From Aquirhabdus sp. (GTDB taxonomy: Bacteria; Pseudomonadota; Gammaproteobacteria; Pseudomonadales; Moraxellaceae), in assembly GCA_030150135.1 (NCBI GenBank), contig JASLGO010000049.1, forward strand, positions 13,366-77,365: a stretch of 64,000 bases of DNA, in the 5' to 3' direction. The notes under the pieces were generated by a model. It was not told the DNA's origin, ran no database searches, and saw nothing but the letters and a program-made list of their open reading frames with translations. Below, in pieces: positions 1 to 11,168 of this stretch (positions within the stretch are counted from its first letter, which is position 1; each line of letters opens with the position of its first letter). Made by a program: the position numbers and the translations under genes.

Positions 1-671
1 TTTGGGCTGAAAAATATTTGCCTGATGAATTCCATGTCGTCGGTAGCTCAATGGGTGGTGGCTTAGCGTCATTACTGACGATTCAATATCCAGCAAAAAT
101 TTTAAGTTTGACGCTGATGAATGCACTGGGTGTATTTGGTGAAGAGCAGACTTTCTTTGAAAAAGAACTTCAGCAAGGTCGTAATCATTTGATTCCAAGT
201 CGCATGATTGGTGTTGTGCAAATGATGAGCACTGTGACGTCTTATCATCGTTGGGCACTCGCTGCACTGTTAGCACCCGTGATGTATCAAGAGTTGATCG
301 CACGTCGTCACGTCAATCAACATTTGTTCCAGCAGTTGGTTCATCACGCGGCGCCTGATACTTTTGATGGGCTCTCTGAGATTAAAGTTCCTACATTTGT
401 ATTTTGGGGTGAGGATGATCAGATTTTGCATTCATCATGCGCCGATGTATTTAAAGAGCTGATTCCCCATGCTCATGTCAAAGTTTTACGTGGTGTCGGT
501 CATTTACCAATGCTTGAAATGCCTGCTGTAACTGCAAGAGCATTGCAAAAATTCTGGCTTAATGCTTCATCGAAACGCTCGATTCACGTGAAGGAAAAGC
601 CAGCGAGAAAAGCGCGTAAAGTAGCTTCCAAGGTTGCGACAGATGGGCATATTGATGTATCTTATGCCTAA
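1..671 (+). CDS. alpha/beta-hydrolase (lipase/esterase), 5'-truncated by window edge
   Basis: Frame open from window start; nucleophile elbow GSSMGG, WGEDD acid and GHLPM catalytic His. Confidence 0.85.
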   Translation, partial: WAEKYLPDEFHVVGSSMGGGLASLLTIQYPAKILSLTLMNALGVFGEEQTFFEKELQQGRNHLIPSRMIGVVQMMSTVTSYHRWALAALLAPVMYQELIARRHVNQHLFQQLVHHAAPDTFDGLSEIKVPTFVFWGEDDQILHSSCADVFKELIPHAHVKVLRGVGHLPMLEMPAVTARALQKFWLNASSKRSIHVKEKPARKARKVASKVATDGHIDVSYA

Positions 672-692
672 GATATGTCAGTTAGGTTGATG

Positions 693-722
693 AAAAAGCA
701 CTGTTTTTACAGTGCTTTTTTT
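693..722 (+). terminator. intrinsic terminator, probably bidirectional
   Basis: AAAAAGCACTG-ttttta-CAGTGCTTTTTTT hairpin after hydrolase stop. Confidence 0.8.
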
Positions 723-877
723 ATGTGCTTTTAAATTGAGTCTGGTTGTGAAAATTAAACATAAACCCGATGTCAGAATCAATAATTTGAGCTATGGTAG
801 AGATTGATGTGATCGTGATTTCTGATGATAAATTTGTGCGATTAAGTCCTTGTTTAATATTGATTCAATGAGAGAAG

Positions 878-1897
878 ATGATTATGCCAACCGTACGCGC
901 TTATGCTGCCCATGCCCCGAATCAGCCATTAGAACCTTATCAATATGAAGCAGGGGAACTTCAAGCTCATGAAGTTGAAGTGAAAGTTGAATATTGTGGA
1001 ATTTGCCATTCTGACCTTTCGGTCATTGATAATGAATGGGGTAGTACGGTTTATCCTGTGGTCGGAGGACATGAGATCATTGGTAAAATCACCGCTTTAG
1101 GCGCTGAAGCGCGGGGATTGAGCATTGGACAAACCGTCGGGATTGGCTGGACGGCAGATAGTTGTCAGCATTGCAATCCATGTATCAATGGCAAACAGAA
1201 TCTCTGTGCGAACAGTACTGCGACCATTATTAAGCATCATGGTGGATTCGCTGAAACCGTTCGAGCGAGTTGGCAGTGGGCGATTCCTGTTCCTGCTGCT
1301 TTAGATCCCGCTAAGACAGGGCCGATGTTATGTGGAGGTATTACAGTTTTTGCACCATTGCTACAACATAACACCTTACCGATTCATAAAGTCGGTGTTG
1401 TTGGAATCGGCGGTTTAGGTCATATGGCGATCAAGCTGTTTAAATCGTGGGGCTGCGAAGTGACAGCGTTCAGCTCAAATCCTGATAAGGTCGAAGAAAT
1501 CAAGGCAATGGGCGCACATCGCGTTGTCTCTAGCCGTGATAAAAAAGAGTTAGCCTCGATTCGTGGCACTTTGGATTTGATTGTGAGCACGGTGAATGTG
1601 TCTTTGGAGTGGAATAGTTATCTATCGGCATTAGCACCAGAGGGTAAACTCCATGTGGTTGGTGCGGTCTTAGATCCGATTCCAGTGCCTGCATTTAGTC
1701 TGATTGGCGGTGCGAAGAGTGTTTCAGGTTCGCCAACAGGTTCACCTTGGGCACTACGTACGATGCTCGATTTTGCTGCTCGTCATGGCATTGCACCGCA
1801 AGTTGAAGAATATCCGATGTCTCAGATTAATGACGCAATTGAGCATCTCAAAAGCGGTAAGGCTCGCTACCGCGTGGTGTTGAAAGCGGATTTTTAA
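878..1897 (+). CDS. ahr: Zn-dependent NAD(P)H aldehyde reductase/alcohol dehydrogenase (Ahr/YjgB, CAD family)
   Basis: CGICHSD, GHEIIG, CxxCxxC..C structural Zn, GIGGLG, C-terminal GKARYRVVL. Confidence 0.85.
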   Translation: MIMPTVRAYAAHAPNQPLEPYQYEAGELQAHEVEVKVEYCGICHSDLSVIDNEWGSTVYPVVGGHEIIGKITALGAEARGLSIGQTVGIGWTADSCQHCNPCINGKQNLCANSTATIIKHHGGFAETVRASWQWAIPVPAALDPAKTGPMLCGGITVFAPLLQHNTLPIHKVGVVGIGGLGHMAIKLFKSWGCEVTAFSSNPDKVEEIKAMGAHRVVSSRDKKELASIRGTLDLIVSTVNVSLEWNSYLSALAPEGKLHVVGAVLDPIPVPAFSLIGGAKSVSGSPTGSPWALRTMLDFAARHGIAPQVEEYPMSQINDAIEHLKSGKARYRVVLKADF

Positions 1898-1921
1898 TCG
1901 AGCAAAGATAGTTTTAGCAAC

Positions 1922-3862
1922 CTATTGAGGCGTATTATGTTCCATTTGCTTCAAGAAATACTTGTCTGCTTGAGCAGTAAAACTTGCTGTTAAATGTTGA
2001 GGATCTCGAAATACGACAGTATTGCCCATCATGGCTCTACATGTGCTTTGTGGGCAAACGAAGTTACTCACTTCGATCCAATGCGTATTTTTGGTCTGTT
2101 GTGTAGCTGTTCGCAAAATTTGAGCGACATGTCTGTAGTGTTGATTATCCGTATGACTCCCGATACATTTTTCAGGGTGAGTATGGTAATACTTCATCAA
2201 GCATTCAGGACCATCGTATCCAAGCGTTGGGTTGGATTCAATCAAGTAGATGTTTGGCACAGTTTGCAATTGGTCTAAAATCCTCAAAGTACCTTGAGTC
2301 CATTGTTCGTCTGTAAAAGGTGTAGAGGCGACGCTGCCAATAAATAAGGTATCTATTTTTTGATGATTTAACCAAGTGATGGCTTTTGTTCGCCAACGAC
2401 TACATTCTGTATATTCGCGTCCGATACGTTGATAGAAAAATGGTTCATCGACGATCGGGCAAGAAGATTTAGTCAGTACGATGATTTTCCATTCTTTGGA
2501 ATTGTACATGCTTGTAAGAGCTGGGAACCATTGAGCACCAATGCTATCTCCCCATAAAACTGCCGTTTTCGTTGCATTTATATCGCCGTAACTACAAGGG
2601 GTTAGCTCATCACTAGAATACCAAGTATCACAGCCATTTTGATAAAAGGAGGGCATATCTCTGGTGGCAAGAATAAACACATTATTCTGATTCTGGGTAA
2701 TCTGTTTTTGAGAATATATATTCCAACGTAAAAACAGAGAGTTGAGCATAATCATGATAAAAATAGCTAACCCAATTTGCTTCCAGACTTGTATTTGTTT
2801 GATTCGACCAAAACGTATTGGATTCTCAATCAGATAATAGGTGAAGATCGCTAATAATAACGAGATAATAATTGCTAAGACAGTATTGAAAAATACGCCG
2901 CGTATTGGGAAGAAATGCTCCCCCAAAATCAAAACAGGCCAATGCCATAAATACCAAGAATAAGAAAGTTTACCCAGCCATTGCATGGGTGTGATGGAGA
3001 AAGAACGATAGGAAGTTGATTGTTGACAACTTCCCGAATAAATCAATGCACAAGTTGCGACAGTAGGGAGTAACGCCAACCAACTTGGATATAATGTCAA
3101 CGGGCTGATGGCACATAAACCCGTCACGAGTAGCGTAGCGCCTACTATTCCTGCAATATTACTTCCTTTAACGGTCACTGCTTTTTGATTGGTGATTAAC
3201 CAAGTTAAGGCTCCAGCGGAGAATTGCCAAGCACGCGTTGGCATCATATAAAAAGAAAATGTTGCCCAATGCTTAACCAGAACAAAACAACCTGTGATAG
3301 ATAAACAGGCAATGATGAGAAATAATATGAAAAGTATTTTGTCTTGTGCTTTGTTATTTTGAGTCTTAGATAAAAATCTAAGTGATAATAATATCAGCAG
3401 TGGCCACACTAAATAAAATTGTTCTTCCACCCCCAAAGACCAAGTATGCAAAAATAAATTGGTGTTGGTTTCTGCTTCAAAATAATTAACATCAGCAAAT
3501 GTAAAATAAATATTACTGAGCCAAAATATTGCAGATGCTGCACTTTTACTATAAGCAAGATTGACTATATCTGGTAATAACTTCAGAGCTACTATACTGC
3601 TAATGATCAGCATCACCGCAAGCGCAGGGAGTAATCGGCGTAAGCGATTTGCATAAAATCTTGCGAAATTGATACTGTGATGATTTTGATATTCTTTTAC
3701 CAGAATACTGGTAATTAAATAACCTGATATAACAAAGAAAACATCAACGCCAATGAATCCACCTGAAAATCCATAGATTGCGAAGTGGGCAGCAATGACT
3801 AAAAAGATAGCAACTGCACGCAACCCTTCAATATCACTTCTAAAGTTTTTTGGGTGGATCAT
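1922..3862 (-). CDS. Acyltransferase-3 + SGNH fusion (OafA/YrhL-like surface polysaccharide O-acyltransferase)
   Basis: FRSDIEGLRAVA, GVDVFFVISGYLIT, HTWSLGVEEQFY, SYSWYLWHWP; C-terminal GDS and DxxH (DPQH). Confidence 0.9.
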   Translation of the reverse strand: MIHPKNFRSDIEGLRAVAIFLVIAAHFAIYGFSGGFIGVDVFFVISGYLITSILVKEYQNHHSINFARFYANRLRRLLPALAVMLIISSIVALKLLPDIVNLAYSKSAASAIFWLSNIYFTFADVNYFEAETNTNLFLHTWSLGVEEQFYLVWPLLILLSLRFLSKTQNNKAQDKILFILFLIIACLSITGCFVLVKHWATFSFYMMPTRAWQFSAGALTWLITNQKAVTVKGSNIAGIVGATLLVTGLCAISPLTLYPSWLALLPTVATCALIYSGSCQQSTSYRSFSITPMQWLGKLSYSWYLWHWPVLILGEHFFPIRGVFFNTVLAIIISLLLAIFTYYLIENPIRFGRIKQIQVWKQIGLAIFIMIMLNSLFLRWNIYSQKQITQNQNNVFILATRDMPSFYQNGCDTWYSSDELTPCSYGDINATKTAVLWGDSIGAQWFPALTSMYNSKEWKIIVLTKSSCPIVDEPFFYQRIGREYTECSRWRTKAITWLNHQKIDTLFIGSVASTPFTDEQWTQGTLRILDQLQTVPNIYLIESNPTLGYDGPECLMKYYHTHPEKCIGSHTDNQHYRHVAQILRTATQQTKNTHWIEVSNFVCPQSTCRAMMGNTVVFRDPQHLTASFTAQADKYFLKQMEHNTPQ

Positions 3863-3973
3863 GCTCCAAATTCCTTTTGGTATTCATTTTCTTGCCGAGA
3901 ATTGTATTAACTTATGGCTTATGAAACAACAAAGTAGCAGAATAAAAAACTAGGGATAAAATATGACAGATAG

Positions 3974-5287
3974 CTATTCAACTAACCGCTCCTTCGGAAA
4001 GCGACACAGAAATGTAGAGCCTTTCTCTCGAACAGATGTGATCTCTAACGTACCATCGTGTTGCAGCATAACGTGCTTCACGATGGCAAGTCCTAAGCCT
4101 GTTCCACCTGTTTCACGACTACGATCGCTGTCTATTCGATAGAAGCGTTCAGTCAGGCGCGGCAAGTGGTGAGGTTCAATACCAATACCATTGTCTGATA
4201 CAGAGAAACAGCTCATCTCACCATCATCAAACCAACGCACGGTAATGACGCCTTCTTTTGGTGTATATTTGATCGCATTGGTAATCAGGTTAGTAAACGC
4301 GCTGGTTAATTCTTGTTCCCCGCCACGGAGATTACGATAGCTTTCCATTTCTAGATGCAATTCATGTTTGAATTCAGCATTGTATGCTTGGGCATCGTCA
4401 AATATCTTGTTCAGTAAATGCGGCATATCAATGATTTTATGATGTTTTGCGGCATTCGAATTGTTGTTTTCAAGTCGAGAGAGTAAAAGTAAATCATTGA
4501 CGATATTGGTCATGCGGTTGGTTTGTTGTCGCATTTGCTCAAAACCACGTCGCCAGCGTGGATTGAGATCATCTTGATCAATAAATGTTTCCAAGTAGCC
4601 TGATAACACGGTCAACGGAGTGCGTAATTCATGGGATACATTATCGACGAAGTCTTTACGAATCATTTCTAGATTATGTAGTCGGGTGACATCGTAAGCG
4701 ACTAGTAGTCGGTCATTTTTACCAAATCGTGTGATTTTGCATTGTAGATAATGACCTTGAGTGACCCATGAAGCGAGTTTAATTTCTTGGCTGTAATTGC
4801 CTTTTTGGTAATAGTCTATAAATGCAGGTGTGCGGCAGAAGAACATAATATTCCGCCCTTGGTCACCCGATTTTAAGCCTAAAAGTTTTTCTGCGGCTGG
4901 ATTCCACCATTCAATGAGGGAGTTTTCGTCAATTAATACAATGGCTTCTTCGAGTGCAGCAACAGAATCTTGCGCTCGGCTAATCACACCTAATAATGTC
5001 TTACGCGAGCGATCTTCGCTGATTTGAATGCGTCTAATATTATGAATCAATGCGCCCCAGACGCCGCTTAACTCTGGTGGTTCTTGTTCAGGAGTGTTTT
5101 CAACCCAGCGAAATAGCCGATAGAGCGAATAGAGCTGAAAAATCAAGAATAAAAACAACCCAAGCAGCATGGCAAACCAAGGCTTTCCGAAATATAGACC
5201 AATCAGCGGACAAAACAACATCACTCCCAAGAGCCTTAAAGCGTCTTGGTAGATGAAATTGAGTAATGATGTCGTGGATTTGCTCAT
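3974..5287 (-). CDS. phoR: phosphate regulon sensor histidine kinase PhoR
   Basis: DFVDNVSHELRTPLTV H-box, NLITNAIKY, ERFYRID..GGTGLGLAIVKH; downstream of phoB. Confidence 0.95.
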   Translation of the reverse strand: MSKSTTSLLNFIYQDALRLLGVMLFCPLIGLYFGKPWFAMLLGLFLFLIFQLYSLYRLFRWVENTPEQEPPELSGVWGALIHNIRRIQISEDRSRKTLLGVISRAQDSVAALEEAIVLIDENSLIEWWNPAAEKLLGLKSGDQGRNIMFFCRTPAFIDYYQKGNYSQEIKLASWVTQGHYLQCKITRFGKNDRLLVAYDVTRLHNLEMIRKDFVDNVSHELRTPLTVLSGYLETFIDQDDLNPRWRRGFEQMRQQTNRMTNIVNDLLLLSRLENNNSNAAKHHKIIDMPHLLNKIFDDAQAYNAEFKHELHLEMESYRNLRGGEQELTSAFTNLITNAIKYTPKEGVITVRWFDDGEMSCFSVSDNGIGIEPHHLPRLTERFYRIDSDRSRETGGTGLGLAIVKHVMLQHDGTLEITSVREKGSTFLCRFPKERLVE

Positions 5288-5348
5288 TTCCGAAGTTTAG
5301 CCTATCTGCTTAGATATTGTTTATATTTATTTTTTTAGTGTTGTCTAT

Positions 5349-6056
5349 TTATGCAGGTTGGCTGTCAATTCTCGTTGAAAAACGATAGCCTGTGCCGCGA
5401 ACAGTTTGAATAAAGCGATCAAACCCATGCGGCTCAAGTACTTTACGCAAACGACGAATATGGACGTCAATCGTTCTGTCTTCTACATAAACATTACCAC
5501 CCCAGACCTGATCCAGCATTTGAGTGCGTGTATAAGCACGTTCAGGATGAGTCATAAAGAATGCAAGTAAGCGGTATTCGGTTGGACCCATTTCGACGGT
5601 TTGTGAACCGACGCTGATCCGTTGGCTGACTGGATCCAGCGTGAGTCCATCTGCGTTGATGGCGCGTTCAGCATTGAGTGCGCTGGCACGGCGTAGAACA
5701 GCTTTAATGCGAGAAACGAGTTCACGTGTTGAGAAAGGTTTGGTCATATAGTCGTCTGCACCAGCATCCAGACCGAGGACTTTGTTGTCTTCTTCGCCAC
5801 GTGCCGTGAGCATGATGACGGGAATTTCTGACAGCGACTCATCTTTTTTTAGCCGACGGCATAGTTCGATACCACTCATGTTTCCAGGCATCATCCAGTC
5901 GAGTAGGATGAGTGCTGGACGTTGATCGACGATCAACGCATGGGCTGTGCGAGCGTCTTCGGCTTCGATACAATCAAAGCCTGCAAGATCCAGCGCGGTA
6001 TGGATCATCTCACGGATTGGCGCTTCATCATCTACAATTAATATACGATCTGTCAT
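5349..6056 (-). CDS. phoB: phosphate regulon response regulator PhoB
   Basis: ILLDWMMPG receiver; GPTEYRLL and [22 protein letters not shown], a PhoB-typical winged helix; start set at ATG of MTDRIL. Confidence 0.95.
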   Translation of the reverse strand: MTDRILIVDDEAPIREMIHTALDLAGFDCIEAEDARTAHALIVDQRPALILLDWMMPGNMSGIELCRRLKKDESLSEIPVIMLTARGEEDNKVLGLDAGADDYMTKPFSTRELVSRIKAVLRRASALNAERAINADGLTLDPVSQRISVGSQTVEMGPTEYRLLAFFMTHPERAYTRTQMLDQVWGGNVYVEDRTIDVHIRRLRKVLEPHGFDRFIQTVRGTGYRFSTRIDSQPA

Positions 6057-6112
6057 GGTGATACCCACTGGGTGCAATGCCTCAAAGATCGGGGCGATTT
6101 GGATAAAGTTAA

Positions 6113-6160
6113 ATTCATGACAATAATATTACAACGAATATTGTGACGGTTTGATTACAT
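6113..6160 (-). promoter_or_regulatory. two Pho boxes upstream of phoB (autoregulation)
   Basis: Minus strand has ATGTAATCAAA-CCGTCACAATA and TTGTAATATTA-TTGTCATGAAT, 11-bp direct-repeat pairs resembling CTGTCAT-A/T-rich Pho boxes. Confidence 0.7.
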
Positions 6161-6331
6161 CGGTATGTTCGGATCAGTTTTTGAATATTTATGCCAATGA
6201 CCCTTCATGTATTAGTGATTAGAGTCTAAACGCTGCGAAGTCTAGTTTTGTCATCAGGGTACGAGTATTATATTTTTCTGATTTCTTCAAGACTAACTTT
6301 ACGGTTCATGCCGATTATGCGAGCTTTATCT

Positions 6332-6823
6332 ATGGCTATTCCTGTCGTTCAACTTCCTTTACTGAATTTATCTACACATCCATTTGACTTGTTGTTGGCA
6401 GGAATTGGTCTGCGAATGATGCAGCTAGCGCGTACGAATAAGCCATTTCAAGCCCTTTTGGCTGACCGTAATTTTGTGATGCAGATTGAATCCAGAGATG
6501 GTATTGCGCGTAATTTTACGATCGCTAATGGTCAAGTCACAATGGCGAGTGGTCATGCGCATAAAGCTGATTTTACGCTGCGTTTTCGCGATGGTAATCA
6601 GGCGATTAAGATTTTGACTCAAGGCAAACCCGCTGCGTTTATGGTCGGAATGCAAGATGGTTCCGTACAAATGGAAGGCGATTTCAGTTTGTTGATGTGG
6701 TTCAATCAAGCTTCAAAAATGATTGTCCCTAAAGTTCCAAAACCAGTGATGGAAAAAGCGAAGCCTGTTATACAACACGTGCAGAAATTGCATTCACGCA
6801 TTCGTCCGCGTCGTCGTGCTTAA
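6332..6823 (+). CDS. SCP2 sterol/lipid-binding domain protein
   Basis: ADFTLRF..AFMVGMQDGSVQMEGDFSLLMWF pattern typical of SCP2; start uncertain (6308-6332). Confidence 0.75.
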   Translation: MAIPVVQLPLLNLSTHPFDLLLAGIGLRMMQLARTNKPFQALLADRNFVMQIESRDGIARNFTIANGQVTMASGHAHKADFTLRFRDGNQAIKILTQGKPAAFMVGMQDGSVQMEGDFSLLMWFNQASKMIVPKVPKPVMEKAKPVIQHVQKLHSRIRPRRRA

Positions 6824-6868
6824 TCTCGCAAAGATTCGGGGTTTGGTCGTTTAAATTAGGAATACATT

Positions 6869-7855
6869 ATGCTCCGTAATGATTGGTCGCGTGAGGAAAT
6901 CGCGGCATTATTTGATTTGCCGTTTAATGATCTGATGTTTCAGGCGCAAACGGTTCATCGTCAGAATTTTGATGCCAATGCGATTCAGGTCAGTACATTA
7001 CTGTCAATCAAAACAGGCAATTGTCCTGAAGATTGTGGTTATTGTTCACAATCCGCCCATCATCAGACTGCGTTGACGCCAGAAAAGAAAATTGCGCTTG
7101 AAAAAGTGATTGAAGCCGCGAAAGCAGCGCGTGATTCTGGCGCGTCGCGTTTTTGTATGGGTGCAGCATGGCGTAATCCGCATGAGCGCGATATGCCTTA
7201 TGTGCTGGATTTGGTCAAAGAAGTTAAAGCCATGGGCTTGGAAACTTGTATGACTTTAGGGATGTTGACCTCGAATCAAGCTGAGCGTCTTGCTGAGGCA
7301 GGATTGGATTATTACAACCATAATCTCGATACGTCACGTGAGCATTACGCGCATATCATTCGTACGCGCACCTTTGATGATCGCCTAGATACGCTGGCGC
7401 ATGTGCGTGCATCAGGCATGAAAGTCTGCAGTGGTGGAATTGTCGGTTTAGGTGAGTCGCGTCATGATCGCGTGGGTTTGTTGCATGAACTAGCAACATT
7501 GCCAATACATCCTGAATCTGTCCCGCTCAATCTCTTGGTTGCAGTTGAAGGCACACCACTCGGTGATACGCCGCAGCTTCCTGTGCTGGAATGGATTCGA
7601 ACGATTGCTGTTGCACGTATTATCATGCCGCGCAGTTATGTTCGTTTGTCCGCAGGCCGTGAAGGTTTAACCGATGCCGAGCAAGCGATGGCATTTTTGG
7701 CTGGTGCAAATTCATTATTCTATGGTGAAAAATTGCTGACGACACCGAATGCTGATTCGTCGCGCGATGATCGATTGTTTGAAACATTAGGCTTGCATCG
7801 TGAAGCACCGCGTATGGACGTAAAAGCGACTGCAAAAGATGCGATGAGTGCTTAA
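6869..7855 (+). CDS. bioB: biotin synthase
   Basis: Radical [35 protein letters not shown]. Confidence 0.97.
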   Translation: MLRNDWSREEIAALFDLPFNDLMFQAQTVHRQNFDANAIQVSTLLSIKTGNCPEDCGYCSQSAHHQTALTPEKKIALEKVIEAAKAARDSGASRFCMGAAWRNPHERDMPYVLDLVKEVKAMGLETCMTLGMLTSNQAERLAEAGLDYYNHNLDTSREHYAHIIRTRTFDDRLDTLAHVRASGMKVCSGGIVGLGESRHDRVGLLHELATLPIHPESVPLNLLVAVEGTPLGDTPQLPVLEWIRTIAVARIIMPRSYVRLSAGREGLTDAEQAMAFLAGANSLFYGEKLLTTPNADSSRDDRLFETLGLHREAPRMDVKATAKDAMSA

Positions 7856-7882
7856 TTAAAAATAACATCCTTATAAAACCAT

Positions 7883-7916
7883 CCCCATCCCGACCTTCCC
7901 CTTGAGGGGGAAGGAG
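7883..7916 (-). repeat. palindromic REP-like element, single copy
   Basis: CCCCATCCCGACCTTCCCC-ttgag-GGGGAAGGAG; near-identical copy at 28907-28940. Confidence 0.8.
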
Positions 7917-7947
7917 TTTAAATTTCTTCCTTTTTCGGACAGCTCTT

Positions 7948-9084
7948 ATGACCCTCAAAGCCTTCAATCTTGCAGAGCAGCTTGCTTCTTTGACAGAGCA
8001 ATCGTTAAAGCGAACTCCGCGAGCGCTGTCTCATGGTGTTACGCCAAAGATCTGGCGTGATGGGAAAGAATATTTGAACTTTTCCAGTAATGATTATTTG
8101 GGTTTAGCGAGTCACTACGCGTTGCGTGATGCGATTATTGAAATATTAAATCAGCATGGCGTAGGGGCTGGCGCAGCGCATTTAATCACAGGACATACTG
8201 AGCTGCATGAGCGGTTAGAACAGCGATTGGCGCAGGTCAGTGGTTATCCGCGTGCCTTGCTGTTTTCGGCAGGTTATATGGCAAATATGGGTGTGCTTGA
8301 TGCGCTTCTCACACCCAAAAGTACTCTTTACCAAGATAAGTTAAATCATGCATCACTGATCGATGGCGCAAGGCTTTCAGGTGCGATTCATCGACGTTAT
8401 CCGCATCAAGATTTAGAGGCATTAGAGCGGTGGTTAGAGATTGATTCGTCAGAGTTGAAGCTGATTGCGACGGATCAAGTTTTTAGTATGGATGGTACGG
8501 AAGCTAATCTGCCGCAGTTACGGTTACTTGCTGAAAAATACCAAGCTGCGCTGATGATTGATGATGCACATGGTTTTGGTGTGCGTGCAGAGCCACTGCC
8601 TCAAGTGGATGTCTATATGGCGACTTTGGGTAAAGCTGTTGGGACATTTGGTGCGTTTGTTGCGGGTTCTGATGAGTTAATTGAGTTTCTGCAAAGTCGA
8701 GCACGGACATTTTGTTTTACCACGGCAACACCACCAATTTTAGCGGCGGCGACTTTGGCAGCACTTGATGTCATCGAAGCCGAAACTTGGCGGCGAGAGC
8801 GTCTGGCTCAGCATGTGGTGCGTCTGCGTGCTGCATTGCAAGCGCAAGGTTGGCAGCTCACTGAAAGCCAAACCGCGATTCAACCCATCATCGTGGGTTC
8901 GGCAGAGCAGGCGTTGGCTTTATCCAAAAAGCTTGAAGAGCAGGGGATTCTTGCTGTCGCGATTCGTCCGCCAACTGTGCCTGTAGGAACGAGCCGGCTT
9001 CGGGTGACGTTAAGTGCAGCGCATTCAGATGAGGATGTCGGGCAACTGATTGAAGTGTTGGGAAAATTGAATAGCTACGTTTAA
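7948..9084 (+). CDS. bioF: 8-amino-7-oxononanoate synthase
   Basis: NFSSNDYLGL, NHASLIDG, DDAHG, TLGKA (PLP lysine), AIRPPTVP; follows bioB. Confidence 0.95.
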   Translation: MTLKAFNLAEQLASLTEQSLKRTPRALSHGVTPKIWRDGKEYLNFSSNDYLGLASHYALRDAIIEILNQHGVGAGAAHLITGHTELHERLEQRLAQVSGYPRALLFSAGYMANMGVLDALLTPKSTLYQDKLNHASLIDGARLSGAIHRRYPHQDLEALERWLEIDSSELKLIATDQVFSMDGTEANLPQLRLLAEKYQAALMIDDAHGFGVRAEPLPQVDVYMATLGKAVGTFGAFVAGSDELIEFLQSRARTFCFTTATPPILAAATLAALDVIEAETWRRERLAQHVVRLRAALQAQGWQLTESQTAIQPIIVGSAEQALALSKKLEEQGILAVAIRPPTVPVGTSRLRVTLSAAHSDEDVGQLIEVLGKLNSYV

Positions 9085-9339
9085 GCACTTCATTATTGCT
9101 TTTGTTCACTATGGTCAGCGCTCTGATTTTAAAACGCTTTCTTGTTATCAGTGTTGCAGAGTAAGACTGTTTTTTTTGTGAAACGTTAATTAATGATTGA
9201 AAAACAACAAATTTTAAGAGTCTTATAAGCACTTTAGGCGTTTAACACAAGTTTTTTGGACGATTTAGTCTGGTTGAGCACGGTGTTTTATAGAATCATA
9301 GTCCACGACTATAGATGACAAAGTAACGAGCGAAGCCTC

Positions 9340-10563
9340 ATGAATGCCAATACCCCAATCGAGCTGTTAAAGCAGCAGTCTGAACATGCACCTAAGCATA
9401 AAGATCCAAAACGTTATTTGTGGCTGCTCAGTCCAGCATTGCCCTTAATTGGTCTCGCTGCAGCGACTAGTTACGCAATTGCCCCTAAGAAACTACGTGC
9501 TATGGCTGCTTTAGGTCCAATCATGTTGCATGGCGTCATTCCATTGATTGACAAGATGGTGGGTGCTGATGCAGAAAACCATCCAGAAGAAGCGATCAAG
9601 CAGTTAGAGAATGATCCGTATTACATGCGCATCGTAAAAGCGTATATTCCATTGCAATATCTGACAACGATTGTGGGTGCTTACGCTGCGAGTCGTAAAG
9701 GGACTCCATTGGTGGATCAGGTTATTCTGGGGATGTCGGTTGGTGCGGTCAATGGTATAGCGCTCAATACTGCACATGAGTTGAGCCATAAACCAGAAAA
9801 AGTCTATCACTACATGTCTCACATGGCATTATTGCCAACAGGTTATATTCATTTCCGTGTTGAGCACCCTTATGGTCATCATAAACGTGTTGCTACACCA
9901 GAAGATCCAGCGTCATCACAAATGGGTGAGAGCTTCTGGCAATTCTGGCCACGTACCGTGATTGGTAGCTTTAAATCTGCGATTGAGATTGAGACAGCAC
10001 GTCTAAAACGTCGTGGCAAAGGTTGGTGGTCCCTCGACAATGAGCTGTTGCAGGGCTGGGCAATGGCTGCTGGTTTTCATGGTGCCATGATTGCTGTGTT
10101 TGGTCGTCGTGTCATTCCTTATTTGGCAACTCAGGCGGTTTATGGTTTCACCTTGTTTGAGGTGATCAATTATCTTGAGCACTATGGCCTGAAACGTGAC
10201 AAAGTGAACGGCAAGTATGTGCGTACCATGCCTGAGCATAGCTGGAACAGCAACAGTATGGTGACGAACTTGTTCTTGTATCAATTACAACGTCATTCGG
10301 ATCACCATGCATATCCAACGCGTGCATTCCAAGCATTACGTCATTTTGAAGATGTTCCGCAATTGCCAGCAGGTTATGCTTCATTACTCTTGCCTGCAAT
10401 TATTCCTAGCTGGTGGTACAAGCTAATGGATCAACGCGTTGTGGATAATTATAAAGGTGACTTGAATAAAGCGAACGTATATCCAAAAGCACGTGCTCGC
10501 TTATTTGCCAAATATGGTGTTGTTGATCAGCAATTAGCAGAAAAAGTAGAATCAGAAGCGTAA
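9340..10563 (+). CDS. alkB: alkane 1-monooxygenase (AlkB/AlkM)
   Basis: His boxes HELSH, EHPYGHH, NYLEHYG, LQRHSDHHA. Confidence 0.95.
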   Translation: MNANTPIELLKQQSEHAPKHKDPKRYLWLLSPALPLIGLAAATSYAIAPKKLRAMAALGPIMLHGVIPLIDKMVGADAENHPEEAIKQLENDPYYMRIVKAYIPLQYLTTIVGAYAASRKGTPLVDQVILGMSVGAVNGIALNTAHELSHKPEKVYHYMSHMALLPTGYIHFRVEHPYGHHKRVATPEDPASSQMGESFWQFWPRTVIGSFKSAIEIETARLKRRGKGWWSLDNELLQGWAMAAGFHGAMIAVFGRRVIPYLATQAVYGFTLFEVINYLEHYGLKRDKVNGKYVRTMPEHSWNSNSMVTNLFLYQLQRHSDHHAYPTRAFQALRHFEDVPQLPAGYASLLLPAIIPSWWYKLMDQRVVDNYKGDLNKANVYPKARARLFAKYGVVDQQLAEKVESEA

Positions 10564-10576
10564 TTGCTGTACTTCT

Positions 10577-10610
10577 AAAGAAAACTCACCGTACGGTGGG
10601 TTTTCTTTTT
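10577..10610 (+). terminator. intrinsic terminator, bidirectional
   Basis: AAAGAAAACTCACCG-ta-CGGTGGGTTTTCTTTTT between convergent genes. Confidence 0.8.
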
Positions 10611-10653
10611 GCGTTTTAAATAGCTGGCTGGAATATATTATTTATTGATTTTT

Positions 10654-11151
10654 TTATTTGTCCCACAAACCTTCCATCATCACAGGATAGCTCACAGGTC
10701 TGAAAGATGTAAACTTGATGTCACGAACATGAGTAAAGTCAGACCATAGTAGCTGACTCCCCTTCATCCAACGAGTAGGGCGAACGCGCTTTTTAATTTG
10801 AGCTAGTTCTTCTGTTGTTGCGGGTCGTAGTGCACCAACTGTACCGTATAGGCGAACTCCAGGTGGTGAGCTGAACTGTCCCTTCAATAAAGATTTAAAC
10901 CAAAATGATGACTTGGTATTCACGGTCATGAGACAAATGTTGGGATTGGTTGCAAGATTCTTTGCGAGAGCATTGGTGTACTGATCAAAATAGAAACCTG
11001 TCTGATCATCTCGTAAAAAGACCGTACCGACAGGTGTCACATTAGGACACCCATCTTGATCAACAGATGCAATCGCACAGTGTATTGCGGATTTTTGCCC
11101 ACGTTCTACGACGCGTTTAACTTCATCCCAATGTGTTCTGAGATCCATCAT
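10654..11151 (-). CDS. pyridoxamine 5'-phosphate oxidase-like (FMN-binding split barrel) protein
   Basis: IASVDQDGCPNVTPVG and NLATNPNI motifs. Confidence 0.75.
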   Translation of the reverse strand: MMDLRTHWDEVKRVVERGQKSAIHCAIASVDQDGCPNVTPVGTVFLRDDQTGFYFDQYTNALAKNLATNPNICLMTVNTKSSFWFKSLLKGQFSSPPGVRLYGTVGALRPATTEELAQIKKRVRPTRWMKGSQLLWSDFTHVRDIKFTSFRPVSYPVMMEGLWDK

Positions 11152-11168
11152 GGATTCCTTAGAATGAC

